From assembly GCF_000143415.4 (NCBI RefSeq), contig NW_003314263.1, positions 285,114 to 349,113 of the forward strand: a stretch of DNA of 64,000 nt. The letters are read 5' to 3'. The notes under the pieces were generated by a model. The model was not told the origin of the DNA. It did not search any database and saw only the letters and a list, made by a program, of their open reading frames with translations. Positions 1 to 12,853 of this stretch are shown here, one piece after another; position 1 is the first letter of the stretch; each line of letters opens with the position of its first letter. This DNA comes from Selaginella moellendorffii. Taxonomy: Eukaryota; Plantae; Lycopodiophyta. A program made the position numbers and the translations under genes.

Positions 1-343
1 GCCGGTCATGCCCGTCCACCGGGGCCGGCACGACGGGCAGCGTGGAGATGGTCTTCGCGTCCAGCCCGGCGGCGCTCTCGTCATCGCCGCCGCCGGTGAC
101 GGTCGCCACCGGCTGCCGCCGGTTGCGCCGTACCATGCACCGTACCACGGAATGGAGCCACACCGCGCATATGAGCACACAGAGTACCGCGCCGAGTACT
201 ATGACAATCTGCGTGTCCAGAAGATTGCCTGTGCTTTTCGATTGCGCGAGCGGCGGAGGTGGCGGCGGCCTTGCCTCGATCTCCTGGAGTAACTTCCGTG
301 ATCTCCGGATACTTTGATCCTCCGCTTCGCTGGTCATGGCCAT
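1..343 (-). CDS. ATL-family RING-H2 E3 ligase, N-terminal part (runs off the left edge)
   Basis: Manual translation from ATG 343: MAMTSEAEDQSIRRSRKLLQEIEARPPPPPPLAQ...TQIVIVLGAVLCVLICAVWLHSVVRCMVRR...AAGLDAKTISTLPVV. This is a TM helix, basic patch and GLD motif, the ATL layout. The RING lies outside the window. Absent from the ORF track because there is no stop in the window. Confidence 0.85.
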   Translation of the reverse strand, partial: MAMTSEAEDQSIRRSRKLLQEIEARPPPPPPLAQSKSTGNLLDTQIVIVLGAVLCVLICAVWLHSVVRCMVRRNRRQPVATVTGGGDDESAAGLDAKTISTLPVVPAPVDGHDR

Positions 344-1041
344 CTTCTGTGACTGGCAAGAAGCATTTTTCCACTTCGCCAGAAGATATGAAGAGAGATC
401 GTCCCTGTCGCTAAACTCTCACCTACAAGTCACCAGTAGTCCCAGCCTGTAACCATTTTCTCTGCCTGCCTGTGAAGAATCCCTGTCCCGGTAGTGCGAT
501 CGAGCTCCTCCTTTTTTCTGGTTTTGCCAGTACTTGTCCCTGATGTGATCGTCGACAAGCTGCGCTGCTGCAGCAAGAGGCACTGGAGGGACGAGCAGAT
601 ATCGACGATGGCGAAGAGCTACGCAACAAAAGCAATCCATCTCGAGCATCTCGCCAGCCGCGGCTCTGTTCATCATCATTCCCCGCCTGTATGTCCCTAC
701 CACCCTTGTTTCCATCGTTCGTCGCTCGAGAGCTCTCCAAATGCCGCACTCTAATTCTTCCGTCGTCCATGTCCATACCCGGCCGACCTTTGATTGCCAT
801 CCCGTGCACGAAGTCGTCATTCCCTGCTTTGTTCCACCTTGTCCAAGCGCAACCAAAGTGGTCCCAGCGATTGGAAAAAAATACAACCTGTCTTCGCGGC
901 TTTACAGTTGTTTCACCGTGTGGTCCCTGCGATGGCCTAGAATCCACGAAGAAGTTCATCATATTTCGTCGTTAGTGCGCAGATATATTGCCACTCGGAA
1001 GGAAAAAAGAAGAACTAAAAATTTCACGGCCACTTACCAGA

Positions 1042-2663
1042 CTAAAGGACTCCTGTGACGGATTCTTCCAAGATGAGTGCTCCAAGTATTTCGTTCCATG
1101 TATCTGTCACTCCGGGTAGGCACCAGTGCATACAATCTTCGTGCTGCTTCTTAGCGGACGTTGACGGGTGTCCATCGGCCCTGAACTCGCTCAAGTGCGT
1201 GATGTTGAGCAGCCTGAAAGTGGAGCTCGCAGAAGCCGCTCGGAACAGGTGCTCGTTCACGAGCCGCACTTCTTTGTTGACCCCTTTATTCGCTGGAGAG
1301 AACATTTCTTCGACCTGGAAGTTTGGGACGAATGGGTTTGAAACGAAAACAATGTCGCAGCCCACCTCTGCAAGCTTTAAGGGGCCGGAACGGTGACATT
1401 TTCCCCCTTGGTACCAGTCACCCCCGTCAAAATGACGAGGGGATTGCGTGCGCAAGAACTTTATTCCTCCGGGTTTCATGTTTTGTTCCGCAAAGCTCAG
1501 CTGAGAAAAAACAAAAAAAAGTTAAAGATAGGACGATGATAGGGAGATTTATATACCATGTACTTTAGTGTGAGATCCAATCCTTCACGGGGAGACTTCG
1601 GTGGGACGATGGGCTTTCCGTTCTCAAAGAATAACATCGGCGACGTCACTGGATTGAACTTTTCAGGAGCAAACCACCTACAGAAACGATTCGTAGCAAC
1701 GGTGCAAACGAAGAAGGTGATTGGTTACCAGTGACCTGTGCTTATAACGAGGATATCGTAAAACTGTGGAGCCTCAGACCAGGTGCTCTGTGGAATATCC
1801 ACATCAACTCGATATCCTTGTTTGTAACCATGCTCTTCGAGCGGGCCTCCATCAGCCGAAGCTTTCCATCTGGATCCATAAAAAAAACACACTCAAGCAG
1901 GAGTCCTCTATGAACGACTAAGATCGGAGATGATACTCACTCTCCATAGCGTGCCAACAAGTTGGTCCGATGATAGGCAACAGTAACGTTGTACCCAAGG
2001 AATGTAATGCCTTTGTCAGATCCAATTGGTCTCCACTTTTTGAAGTCCTTGCTTGCGGCTTGCTTGAGTGTGCAGACAAGCGAAGCGTACATGTTGCGAT
2101 TGAGAGAGTCTCCAACAAACCCTGTGAATAGAGAGAAAAAAAAAATTTAAGAACCCAAGGAACACATTGAGACAATGCTCACCGATATTTTTTCCTTGTA
2201 GATTTTCGAGAAGCTTTGCAGGATCGAGCCGAGCTAGATCACATCGATCGGGCTGCCACCGCCACCGAAGAACAGAGCCAGCATTGCTCCTCTGGTTGCG
2301 CACACAGTTCCATCCCTTGAAAATATCCACGCAGCTCTCGTTATAGAGAGCCTGGCGCTGTGGATCATACACCCATCTTCCACGCGAGTAATCACAGCCC
2401 TGATCGCCCCTTCTTGCCACCGCATTCCCCGATTCCACGCCAAGATCCACATTGGAAAGCGTGGGATCCCCGGCATCGCGAGCCTGGAACTGCGAAATCC
2501 GAGCTCCCGCGGTCGTGTGGAGGTAGAGCCACAGCGATGCAGCGGCTGCAAGCACCACAATTGCGAATGCAGTGCAAGAAAAGGAGGGATTCTTCGTCGA
2601 GTACCTGTGGAGAGACGCCGCTTGACGAAGGCGCTGCTGGTGCTTCCGCCAGAGCGACGCCAT
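1042..2663 (-). CDS. Trichome birefringence-like (TBL/PC-esterase) O-acetyltransferase, multi-exon
   Basis: N-terminal TM, PMR5N domain (CDYSRGRWVYDP...WRWQPDRCDL), FVGDSLNRNM (GDS motif), RTQSPRHF and DCMHWCLPGVTDTWN (DxxH). Short GT-AG introns. Confidence 0.93.
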
Positions 2664-2753
2664 CGCAAATATTTTAGGGTTCTTCACTAAGATATCTCTC
2701 TTATATAGTAAAAACGTTCTCTTGCTTGACAGAAAAAAGTGGAGATTTTTTCT

Positions 2754-3756
2754 CTAGTTCCTCACTTGATCCTCGGACCACAAGCACTGGAGAGACTCTA
2801 TCTCGTTAGTTCGTCTTACAAACCGGCCCTGGCACAAAGAAAGATCCAATCCATCATCAGCGGCAAAAGAAGATCGAGCGAGCCCATCGCTCTCACAAAA
2901 CCAAAGTACGTACTTTCAACCGTGGCCGATTCTCGGCGTAGATCTTTCGCACCTCGTACCGGATTTTCTTGGAGAACATACGAGTGCGTCGTTTCTCGCG
3001 GTACCGGTTTACTCGCGCCTCTCTTTCTTTGTCCAGCCTCGGCCCCCCTTTCGGGAGTGCTGCCACCGGTTTAGCTGCCGCTGGCTCCACAGTTCGTGGA
3101 GAAACCAAGTCCGGGACAACACCAAGCTCTTGATTCTCCTGGAAAAATCGAACTTTGAGTGAGAGAGAGAAGAAGAAAGTGTGAGAACTTACTTGTGCTC
3201 CATCCTCGTCGGGAGCTCCGTGGTTCTCATCAGCATCAGTGGCTTCGCCCTCCAGAAGACTCATGAATCGCGTACTTCGAACTGGAGAAGCTCTTCCATT
3301 GCTTGCAAGAGCGTGGAACCGGAATGGTTCCAAGCTGGGGAGCTCCTGGGCCACGGGAACGAATCTGGGAACTTGGTGTAGCTCCTCGTCCTCCTTTCTT
3401 CTTGGAGCAATCAAGGAAGCGCCACCACTGCCGGTGTGAGACGAAACTCTTGCGTAAGTGACATCGCCAATTCTCACGCCGCCCAGGGGGTAATCTACTG
3501 TCGACGGTCTACTCAGCGAGAAGCTCGAGTCCGCGAAATTGTGAGCCGGGCAGACGCCATCGTTCTCTTCCAAGTTCTCTTCTTCCTCTTCTTCTTCCTG
3601 TTCCTGTTTGAAGCTGATCCTCTTGTGCCGCGAAGCCAGCGTGTTGGCCCCGTGAACCGAGGCATCGCATTCATGGCAGAGATAGGCCTCGTCCGCCTCG
3701 CAATACAAGCTGGCGCGTTGCATCTCACACACATCGCAATTCGGCCTCTTCGCCAT
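2754..3756 (-). CDS. CONSTANS-like B-box + CCT protein (3 exons)
   Basis: B-box CDVCEMQRASLYCEADEAYLCHECDASVHGANTLASRHKR. CCT REARVNRYREKRRTRMFSKKIRYEVRKIYAENRPRLK|GRFVRR. Last exon ends at TAG 2756-2754. Confidence 0.92.
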
Positions 3757-4081
3757 TGTAGCAATCTCTCCCGGATCGAAGAATGCGAAGAAATCTCCGG
3801 CTGCTTCGGCCTCGAAATATCCACTCCAATCTGGAAATTTCGGCGCCTCTCACCTCGAATCAGACAATGCAGCCGTGAAATCGAAGCTCCTCTCCCATCT
3901 TGTCTCGACGGTCCACGCACTGCTCCAAGAACCCTAATCCGCCATGGCCGCGTGTAATGTGCTGAGATATTTTTTTCCCCGTGAGGCAAAATGACGTAGC
4001 GCGCAATATTTGTCGAATATTCTGTCTGAACAGGTGCGGATATTCGAGCCGTACTTTCTTGCTAGAACCCTAGAACCGGGA

Positions 4082-7000
4082 ATGGATACGGAAGAGCTTC
4101 TCGAGGCAGCATGGCGGACAATGCGGCTGGGAGTGCGATGCCCGGCGCGGCAGCCGACCTGGGACGCAATTCTCATCACGGCCGCTGGTCCCGATCAAGC
4201 ACGCCTCTACCAGCTGCATTTGCAGCGCGCAGTGGATCGGGGAAGAATTGCCAAGCACACGCTCGTTCTCGCCGTGCCGGATCCGCTGGGGCGGCGCATT
4301 GGATCCGGCGGCGCCACGCTCGGCGCGATCAGGGAGCTCGATGCAGCACTGCGATCGAAGGTTTGGATTGGAAATTATTGGTAGGAGGAAATTTTGGCAT
4401 CTTGTTTGGTTCTTCTACCTCCAGGGCGATGGTTTTTCTGGGAAGCGTGTGCTGTTGGTTCATGCCGGCGGTGATTCGAAGCGTGTGCCGTGGGCGAATG
4501 CGATCGGGAAAGCTTTCCTGCCATTGCCAATTCTCGCTCAAGATGCCTGTGCTGATGAGCCAGTGCCACTGCTCTTCGATCACATCCTGGCCGTCTCGTC
4601 GCTCGCTGCTGCGCAGTTGCCAAATCGAGGTAACTTTGCTCTTCTCGTGGTGTTTCTAAGTTCCATCGTTTGTTCTTCATGTAGGTGGATTGCTTATCAT
4701 GACTGGTGATGTTCTTCCTTGTTTCGATGCTTCCAAAATGACAACCCCGCGCGATGGTGCTCTTGTCGTGACCGTGCCTACCTCGCTTGCGGTGGCTGTG
4801 AATCACGGGGTCATCCTTTCACAGAAAAAAGATGATGGGACTAGCACTTGTTTTGCGGTGGAAGATCTTCTCCAAAAACCGAGTAGAGACGAGATGTACG
4901 CTAGAGGCGCTGTTTCTTCGGACTCCACCGCGCTCCTCGACACTGGCATCTTTGTCGTCGTCGGTGACGCTTGGGACGATTTAATTCGGATGTCACTTGC
5001 GGAGTTGGATCCATTACGAATGCTGCTAGATAACGCACAAGAGGTAACTCTCGATTGTTCCCTTTTTGGTTTTTTTGTGCCGATGGACTTTGTCTTGTAG
5101 ATGAGTTTGTATGAAGAGATTGCTGGAGCGTGGGTGTCTGCGCGTCATAGCTGGTTACGAAACCGTCCACTGGGAAAGCTTCTGGTCCAGGAGCTGGGAG
5201 CACAACGCTTGTATCATTACTGCGCGTGTGGGTGACGAGCCTTCCTGTTTTGAGACCACCAGCATGGATTTACTGTGCGTGCTGATGATGCAGACGACCT
5301 CAAGTTCCTCCATTTCGGAACGTCCTCTGAAATCCTGCAGCATCTGGCAAGTGATGACTCGGGCCCGATCCACCGCAGGCAATTCACTCTTGTGTCCACC
5401 AACCAGGACTCTGCCACTCGTCTTGCTGCTTCCTCGGTTATTCTGGCCTCCCGGGTTGATGGTGGTGCGGCCGTGGGTGACAGCAGTCTGGTGTTCAACA
5501 GCAGTTTATCGAGCAAAGTAAAAGTTGGTTCCAGCTGCGTGGTCTCGGGTGTGCATCACACCGAAGATTTTTTGGAGCTAAGCTTGCCGGACGGACACTG
5601 CCTCTGGGAGGTGCCACTGAAGGATAGTCTTGGCCGTGTCATGCTTTGCTGCGGCCTTGGGGACAATCCAAAACTTTCGGCTACTCAGGGTGGAACTTTT
5701 TGTGGGAGAACATGGGACCAAGTGCTTGGACGATTGCAGATCGAGAAGAATGATGTATGGACAGATGCCAGTACACAGCAGGACTTGTGGCACGCAAAGT
5801 TATTTTCGGTTCAGTCGGCAGGAGAACGGACCGAAAACTTTACGTTTGCAATGTGGCTGATGGGAAGCTGCAGGGATACAAGTATTTCTAAGGCCTGGTT
5901 AGCTGCAAAACGTCTCAGTTTTGCAGAGCTGCAAGAGTTCACTGATTTTGAGGCAATGCACTTGGGCATGAGCGACCTCCACGCGGAACTTGCTGCAGAG
6001 TTTGCGACAGGAAGCCTTGAAGATGGCTTGATGGACAGGAACTTCAGCTTGCTTGCGAGAGAAATGCAGTTTGGTACCACCGTGGGAGCCGAAACTTTTC
6101 AAAGGCTTCTTTCTCGGGTTCCTGCGGAAGCTTCAGTACCGGCAAGCAGAAGATCTCAAGTGCGATCTGACTTGAGCAGAGGCTTTGGAGACAAAAATGC
6201 AGCACGCGTTCACGAAGTTCAAGCTTTTGAAGCAGTCGCAGCAGAAACTTCAGCAGCAGTTTGCCAAGGTAATAACCTTGACGTTCTGTGGTCTTTTGTT
6301 TCAACATGTCCTTTACAGATGGTGTGGGAAGTAAACTACTTCGTCTTCAACCATCTAGATCTTCGATTGTAAACCTTCCCGTTCGGCTGGACATCGTTGG
6401 TGGATGGAGTGACACTCCTCCCTGGAGCATAGAACGCAAAGGCTGCGTGCTAAACATGGCAGTCTACTTGAACGGAGCAGCGCCTGTTGGAGCAGAAGTG
6501 CTGCTCAAGAAGATTCCTGGCGTGTGCCTCCGAGATGACACTGGTAACAACTGCTGGATAGAAGAGCCAACGAGTTTAAGAGCTCCTTTCGATGAGAACG
6601 ATCCCTTTCGCCTCGTCAAGGCCGCGCTGGTGGTAACAGGCTGGACAAGTCCGGAAAACATCGTGACAAGTTCTCCTTGGGGTCTGGAGATCAACACTCG
6701 AGCGTCTGTTCCCCGGGGCAGTGGCCTAGGTACCTCGAGCATTCTAGCAGCTGCGGTGATCAGAGGCTTACTCGAAGTGAGTGGCGGTAACTCGAGCAAA
6801 GACAGCGTCGCAGCGCTGGTGTTGGTGCTGGAGCAACTTATGGGAACTGGGGGAGGCTGGCAGGACCAAGTTGGAGGGATCTATCCTGGTCTAAAGCTCA
6901 CGACGAGCCTGCCATCGAAACCACTCACATTCTCGATCGAGACAGTACCTTTGCCTCCGGATTTCCGGGAAGAACTTGAGCATCGAATGCTCCTTGTCTT

Positions 7001-7470
7001 CACTGGACAGGTAAGTGTTCTTCAGTTTTGGTTACAAGCAAACATCAAGCTTTCGTTTCTTTTCTTCCTTTTTCCAGGTGAGACTGGCACACAAGGTTCT
7101 CCAGAAAGTTGTCAAGCGTTACTTACAGCGAGACTCGCTACTGCTGTCGTCGATCCAACGCCTCGTGAAGCTGGCAAAACTGGGACGGGATGGTTTTCTC
7201 CAGCAGGATCTCGACTCCGTGGGGAAGATAATGCAAGAGGCATGGCAAATCCACCAGGAACTCGATCCCTTTTGCAGCAACGTTCTTGTCGATTCGATTT
7301 TCAAGAAGATCAGCCATCTGAGCTGCGGCTACAAGCTCGTAGGGGCTGGTGGGGGTGGATTCGCGATTGTCATGGCCAAAGACAGGGACTCGGCAGGACT
7401 TATCAGAGAAGTTCTCTCCTCCAGCTTCAAGGATTCGATCGAGCTGTACAGGTGGAGTTTGATGGTCTAA
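4082..7470 (+). CDS. FKGP: Bifunctional L-fucokinase / GDP-L-fucose pyrophosphorylase
   Basis: WDAILITAAGPDQA, VPDPLGRRIGSGGATL, HAGGDSKRVPWAN, FLHFGTSSE. GHMP kinase motifs LPVRLDIVGGWSDTPP, PRGSGLGTSS, GTGGGWQDQ, GAGGGG. About 7 exons. Confidence 0.95.
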
Positions 7471-7479
7471 AGTAGACAC

Positions 7480-7800
7480 CATGATAAGGCTTAGGTTTTT
7501 TTCTTTACAAAATGGAGAAGTTGCTACCTCTGAATTCCAATGCTAGGTGGAGAAGTTGGCACGAGAGGTCTTGATGCTTATTCTGAGCAAACGTGAGGAG
7601 GATGTAAAGGACCTTTGCAACTGTGATGTGCCAAATTCCTTCGTGAACTTCATTGGTGGTGAGGAAGAGATTCTACCTTTTTTTTGCTAGCATGAACTAA
7701 AAACGATGGTACATGGTGTTTTCGCGAGTAAACAAACGCAGCATGGATGGCTTGCAGAAGCTAATACTTTGATTGCGGATGGCATTGATTGGGCAAAGCT
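7480..7800 (+). pseudogene. F-box(/LRR) gene remnant 1
   Basis: EKLAREVLMLILSKREEDVKDLCNC is an F-box motif. DNA similarity to 51085-51335 (gaggatgtaaaggacct..gcaactgt; gcgagtaaaca..catggatggcttgcagaagcta). Confidence 0.6.
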
Positions 7801-7813
7801 TAATTTTTTACGA

Positions 7814-7845
7814 AAACCCTAAACCCTTAAAGCCGGGAACCCTAA
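7814..7845 (+). promoter_or_regulatory. telo-box cluster (AAACCCTA) upstream of PWP1
   Basis: AAACCCTAAACCCT at 7814 and AACCCTAA at 7838, just before the ATG. Telo-boxes are typical of plant ribosome-biogenesis genes. Confidence 0.6.
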
Positions 7846-7861
7846 TTCCTCAACCCATTCG

Positions 7862-10135
7862 ATGATCGCGGCAGTGTGCTGGGTGCCCAAGGGCGTGGCG
7901 AAGGCGCTGCCCGACGAGACGCCAAGATCTCGCGAGGAGCTCGATGAGGCGCTGCAGCAGGGCCTCGGGGAAGATCCGGCGGAGCAAAGGTATGGATGAA
8001 GAGAGTGCATTGCGAATGGGGAAAGATTTTCTGGGAAATTTGCTGCCCCAGCGCCGAGAACGAGGAGAGCGAGGACGAGGATGGAATGCGTGTCGAGGGA
8101 GACGATATTTCGACCGCATTGGCAGCCGCGAGGGCGCTCAAGAGTAGTGGAGCGGCAAGTGCTGTGAGTGACGGCCTTGCGGAGCTTAACATGGATGCGT
8201 ACGATGACGAAAACGAAGGTTGGCTTTTTCTTTGTACTTTTTTCTTTTCTTCTTCGAACACAATCTTGCGCAGATATTCGAGTTTTTGGGAATGGTGGTG
8301 TCAGTGCGGCTTACTATCAACACGGAGAGAAGGATCCTTACCTTGTGGACGATGATGTAAGTCATTGCCTTCTCATGATATTTTCCTCCATTTTTTTCTT
8401 TTCTCTGGGGAACTAAAGCATGGCTCTCAGGATGAAGATGAGGAGGAGATAGAGGATAAAACAATCAAGCCTACCGATCTTCTGATTGTGACTGCCAAAA
8501 CCGAAGATGAAGTTGGAATACTCGAGGTACTTTTTTTTTTTTTCCTTTGGCTTCGCGCTATTCTTCTAAAGCTAGAGAAATTCGTGTTGTCAGGTGTACA
8601 TCTATGAGGAAAATGACGATAATAAGTACGTACACCACGAGGTACTTCTTTCGTCTATACCCTTTTCTCTCGCATGGCTGGATTGCAACGTAAACGGCGG
8701 CGACAAGGGTGAGCACAAATACGGAGGGACAACTAACGTTCCAGTTTTGCAGGAAACTTTCTCGCTGTTGGTACTTCAGAGCCAGAAATTGAGATATGGG
8801 ACCTCGACCTGGTAAGGAACAAGCATGGCTTTTACCGTTCCTCATTTGCTCATGCACAGGCAACTGAAGTTAAGCCAGTGGGTGTACTGAATCCCGACCC
8901 AAGCAAGAAAAAGAAAACAAAGTCCAAGGTATGGTGCTCAAACTAAAACTTGTTCGGATGTTAGCGTGCTAAAATTACCAGAGGAAACAAAAAACTGCAG
9001 TGTTGGGTCTGGCATGGAACTATGAGTACAGGTGTGTTTCCTTTAGATTTTTTCTCGGATTGTAGAAATTGAACTGCTGCGCTTTCCAGAAACGTACTGG
9101 CAAGCGGAAGCGCTGACAAGGCCGTGAGAGTTTGGGATGTAGTCGCACAAAAGTGCGAGCACACTCTTAAATCTCATACTGCTGAGGTTTGGACAAGTTT
9201 TGTTACGGAAATCAGAATGACTAACTGTCTTGTACGTAGGTACAATCTATTGCATGGAATCCAAAGGAACCGACGGCTTTGCTTAGTGGATCTTATGACT
9301 GCTCGGTGGTTTTGGTATGCTCTTTTTTCCCTGTTCAATCGCAGTGGCCTGTCACTAACTCTAATTTAGACAGATATGAGAACTCCGGCAGAGGCGGAAC
9401 TTCGGTGGACTGTCTCTGACGATGTCGAGTGCGTTGCCTGGAATCCCCACGTTTCACATTCGTTTTCTGTACGTAATGGTTTTAGGCACTTGCATGGTTG
9501 TTGACTCTTTTGTACAATGTTTTTGATGTAGGTGGGAACAGAAGAGGGATATGTGTACGGGTTCGACGTAAGAACTGCAACCAAGGAAGGTCCAAACGCA
9601 AGCATCTTTACACTCCATGCACATCAGAAAGCTACTTGCGCAGTTTCCTACAACTCGGCTGCTCAGAATGTAAGCTTGTAGACGCTTTTCAGATGGGATT
9701 TATGCAAATGTTGTTTTGCAGCTACTGGCAACAGCGTCTTTGGATAAAACGGTCTGTGACTTACACTTTGTCTTGCTAGTGTACTATGGAACTGATGACG
9801 AGTACGCAGGTGAAATTGTGGGATGTGACAAACGATACGCCCACACTCGTTGCAACAACCAGTCCCGAAGTGGTAATGGTCCCTTCCGAGCTCAACAAGT
9901 TACTAAAGTGTTTGGACTGATTTCACAGGGCGGTATCTTCTCAGCGTCGTTCTGTAAGGACTCTCCCTTTTTAATGGCTATTGGTGGTACTACCGGCGAG
10001 CTACATGTAATACTGGATCATCTTTTCTCTACAAGCAGCTATAACTTGCGATTCTTGCAGGTGTGGAATACGTTAACAGATTCTAATGTTGCAAATCGTT
10101 TTACAAGCACAAATGCAAATCAGGTGGCCTTTTAG
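7862..10135 (+). CDS. PWP1: Periodic tryptophan protein 1 homolog (WD40, ribosome biogenesis), multi-exon
   Basis: MIAAVCWVPKGVAK start, ELNMDAYDDE, YYQHGEKDPYL, IKPTDLLIVTAKTED, YVHHEVLLSSIPFSLAWLD, and WD40 repeats (LASGSADKAVRVWD, LATASLDKTVKLWD). Confidence 0.9.
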
Positions 10136-10238
10136 TCTTTGCTCTCACTATTACTATTTTGTTCAGTATTTGCCGACTTTTTGGTACGGACAAGGAAAAG
10201 TCGGGCACCCTCTTGTGGTGCTTTCTGACAAGCAATAA

Positions 10239-12140
10239 ATGTCGAGATCATCTTTGTTCCATCCCGTGTTCAAGTCAACAACAATCTCTATCACCACAAC
10301 TACTGTTCCACGTATCCTTGGATCTGGAGTCCTATTTCACCTTGTTCGTCCTAGGTGCTTCGGTATGGCTTCAACTCAATCTAGCAAACAGTCCTGGTTC
10401 TACGTCTTATTTCTGGAAGGAACCTCTGTGTTCGATGCTTGGCTAAATTCGTCGTCATTCCAGGTTCGTTGATGTCATTTGAATTTAAAATTCCATTTTC
10501 TTGACGCTTTCTTTCTTTCTTTCTTTCTTTCTTTCCAGGTCTCGCAAGTTCTCCTCACGCTGCCATACTCTTTTGCTCAATTGGGCTTCGTCTCTGGCAT
10601 TGCGTACCAAATTCTCTACGCCGCAATGGGATGCTGGTCGTGCTACATGACATCGAGCCTGTATGTGATTTACAGAGAAAAGAGAGCAATGAGGGCCAAT
10701 ACTTTCGTCGATTATGAAGCCCAGAGCATCCTGGTTTGAGATTTATGAAAGCTTTTCGTATGAGTTGACAATATGTGCTTCTGGATCAGTGGTATGAAGT
10801 GCTCGATGGGTTACTTGGTTCAAATTGGAAGCTCGCCGGATTGGTAGTGAACCTCGGTTATCAGATTCTTACGTGCGTTATCTTCTTGGTCGGCTGTTCA
10901 AGGTATGAGTTTGACAAAATTCGATACTACAATGTCTTCACAAGTTCTTGCATATCAGCTTATCGTACCTACTAAACAGTTATGTGGACAAGAGAACATG
11001 GACAATCCTGCTTGTGTTTTGCTTCATTTTGATCGTTTTTATCCCAAGAGCACAGCACTACCGGATCTGGTCGTGCATAGGAATCGTGGCAACATCTTAT
11101 ACGGCATGGTATATAACCATCGCTACCATTTACCACGGAAAGGTCATCAACGTCTCGATCGTTTTTCTTTCTAAACTAAAATCTTTCACTACAGAATTCC
11201 AATGCTACGCATTCTGCTCCAAACAACACGGCAGGATACTTCGTTGGTGCGACCAACCTGCTCTATACTTTTGGAGGTCACGCGGTAACCATGTAAGCGT
11301 AAGCTCGCCTTTTCTTATTTCATCTCGAAATCTCACTGGAAGAAACAAATCGCAGTGAAATAGTTGATGCGATGAAGAAGCCAGAGAAATTCAAGACGGT
11401 CTACTTCTACTGCTCAGCCTACATACTCACGCTTACTTTGCCGTCCGCCATCGCTGTGTACTGGGCATTTGGAGACTCCATGGCGCACCACGCGTACTCT
11501 ATCGTGGTTCTACCGGACTCTATGTTTCGAGTCACGGCAATCGTGCTCATGCTCGTCCACCAGGTAACTTGATCCAGGTAAAAGAACATATAAAACAGTG
11601 CTTTTCTTTTAACACTTGTTCCCATTCATCCAGTTCATGCAGTTCGGTTTCCTGTCGCTTCCAGTTTTCATGAAATGGGAGAGGCTGCTGGGCATTCATG
11701 GATCTAGCAACTATTACTTGAAATCGATATCCAGAATTCCTGTAGTTCTGGTTATGTGGTTCGTGGCCATTATGGTTCCTTTTATCGGCCTCATCGATTC
11801 GGTTGTGGGAGCGGTGTTTGCGAGCTTCAGTGTCTACGTTTTGCCATGTACGGCTCATATGGTTCTCTTCAAAAGCTCATCGTATAGAATGGCAAGTAAC
11901 TTCTTATTAGACTTTTCTTTCTTCACTAACATATCGCATTTGTTATAGATTTCCGTGGAACAGCCACCCTCTTGGATGCCATGGAATTGGATTGGCATGT
12001 ACTGCGTGAATCTGGCAGTAGTACTGTGGGTTTTGATCGTGGGAGTGGGTTTTGGAGGATGGGCCAGCCTCGTTGCGCTCCGGCATAACATCAATAGCTT
12101 TGGCCTCTTTCCACAGTGCTACCAATGCAAATCGTCTTAG
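10239..12140 (+). CDS. Divergent AUX1/LAX-family auxin influx carrier, multi-exon
   Basis: SVFDAW..QVSQVLLTLPYSFAQLG, QWYEVLDGLLG, DKRTWT, YRIWS, YFVGATNLLYTFGGHAVT, AYILTLTLPSA, GVGFGGWAS, FGLFPQCYQC. Confidence 0.9.
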
Positions 12141-12319
12141 TTCGCTCGACCACCTTGTGAATGGTACGTACAGCTACGTCGTAGAGCTGGAACTTAACTT
12201 GTTTTTGCTCAGGAGCGATTCAGTCTTGCAAGAAAGCTGATCTAGGATTTTCTTCTCACATAGTTTCCAGATCCATGGAAGTTCCTTGGGCTTTCTTTTC
12301 ACGCTGACGTGGGAAAGGT

Positions 12320-12720
12320 CGAAAAACAATGTTAAATGGTGCTTTGGCGAGTAAACACATGGATGCCTTGCAGAATCTAATAGTCAATTGCGATCGTTGG
12401 TTTTTTCCAAGCATGACACTGATGGGCTCCTGCATGGAATCTGAAAATCAATTGTTTTTTTCTTTCCAGTGCTCCCTTAATTTCCAAGTCTTGCGAGAAT
12501 AAGCCTGTGGAATCTCAGTTCTAATGATATACAAACAATGGTGCGAGCTTCTCCAAAGCCTGAAGTACTAATAGTAAAATATAACACTCCGGAAAGGGCT
12601 AGAATTTTTTCGACATAACAGAGGCAACAGGCTTCAGAAGTTGAGCTTTGTCAGGGCTGAAAGCTTTTGATCACACCAACTCATGCTTATCTCTGATACG
12701 GGAGGTTACTTGAATTAAAA
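12320..12720 (+). pseudogene. F-box/LRR gene remnant 2
   Basis: Colinear DNA similarity to 51235-51780 (aatggtgctttggcgagtaaacacatggat; atgatatacaaaca.tggtgcgagctt; actcatgctt.tctctgata) with deletions. Confidence 0.6.
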
Positions 12721-12853
12721 ACTTGCAAGAAATAAGGTCGCGAATAAGATGGACGACATTGTTTTCTCCCGAGAGGGGGGATCTTCCTTGTCGAGGAGGC
12801 GCAATTTAGGGTAACAGAGCAGCGATGCCAGAGATTTTGGGATTATAGGGCGG

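Noticed and set aside
419-1058. Overlapping 86-179 aa ORFs
   Set aside because: No recognisable domain. Likely ATL upstream region or TBL 3' region.
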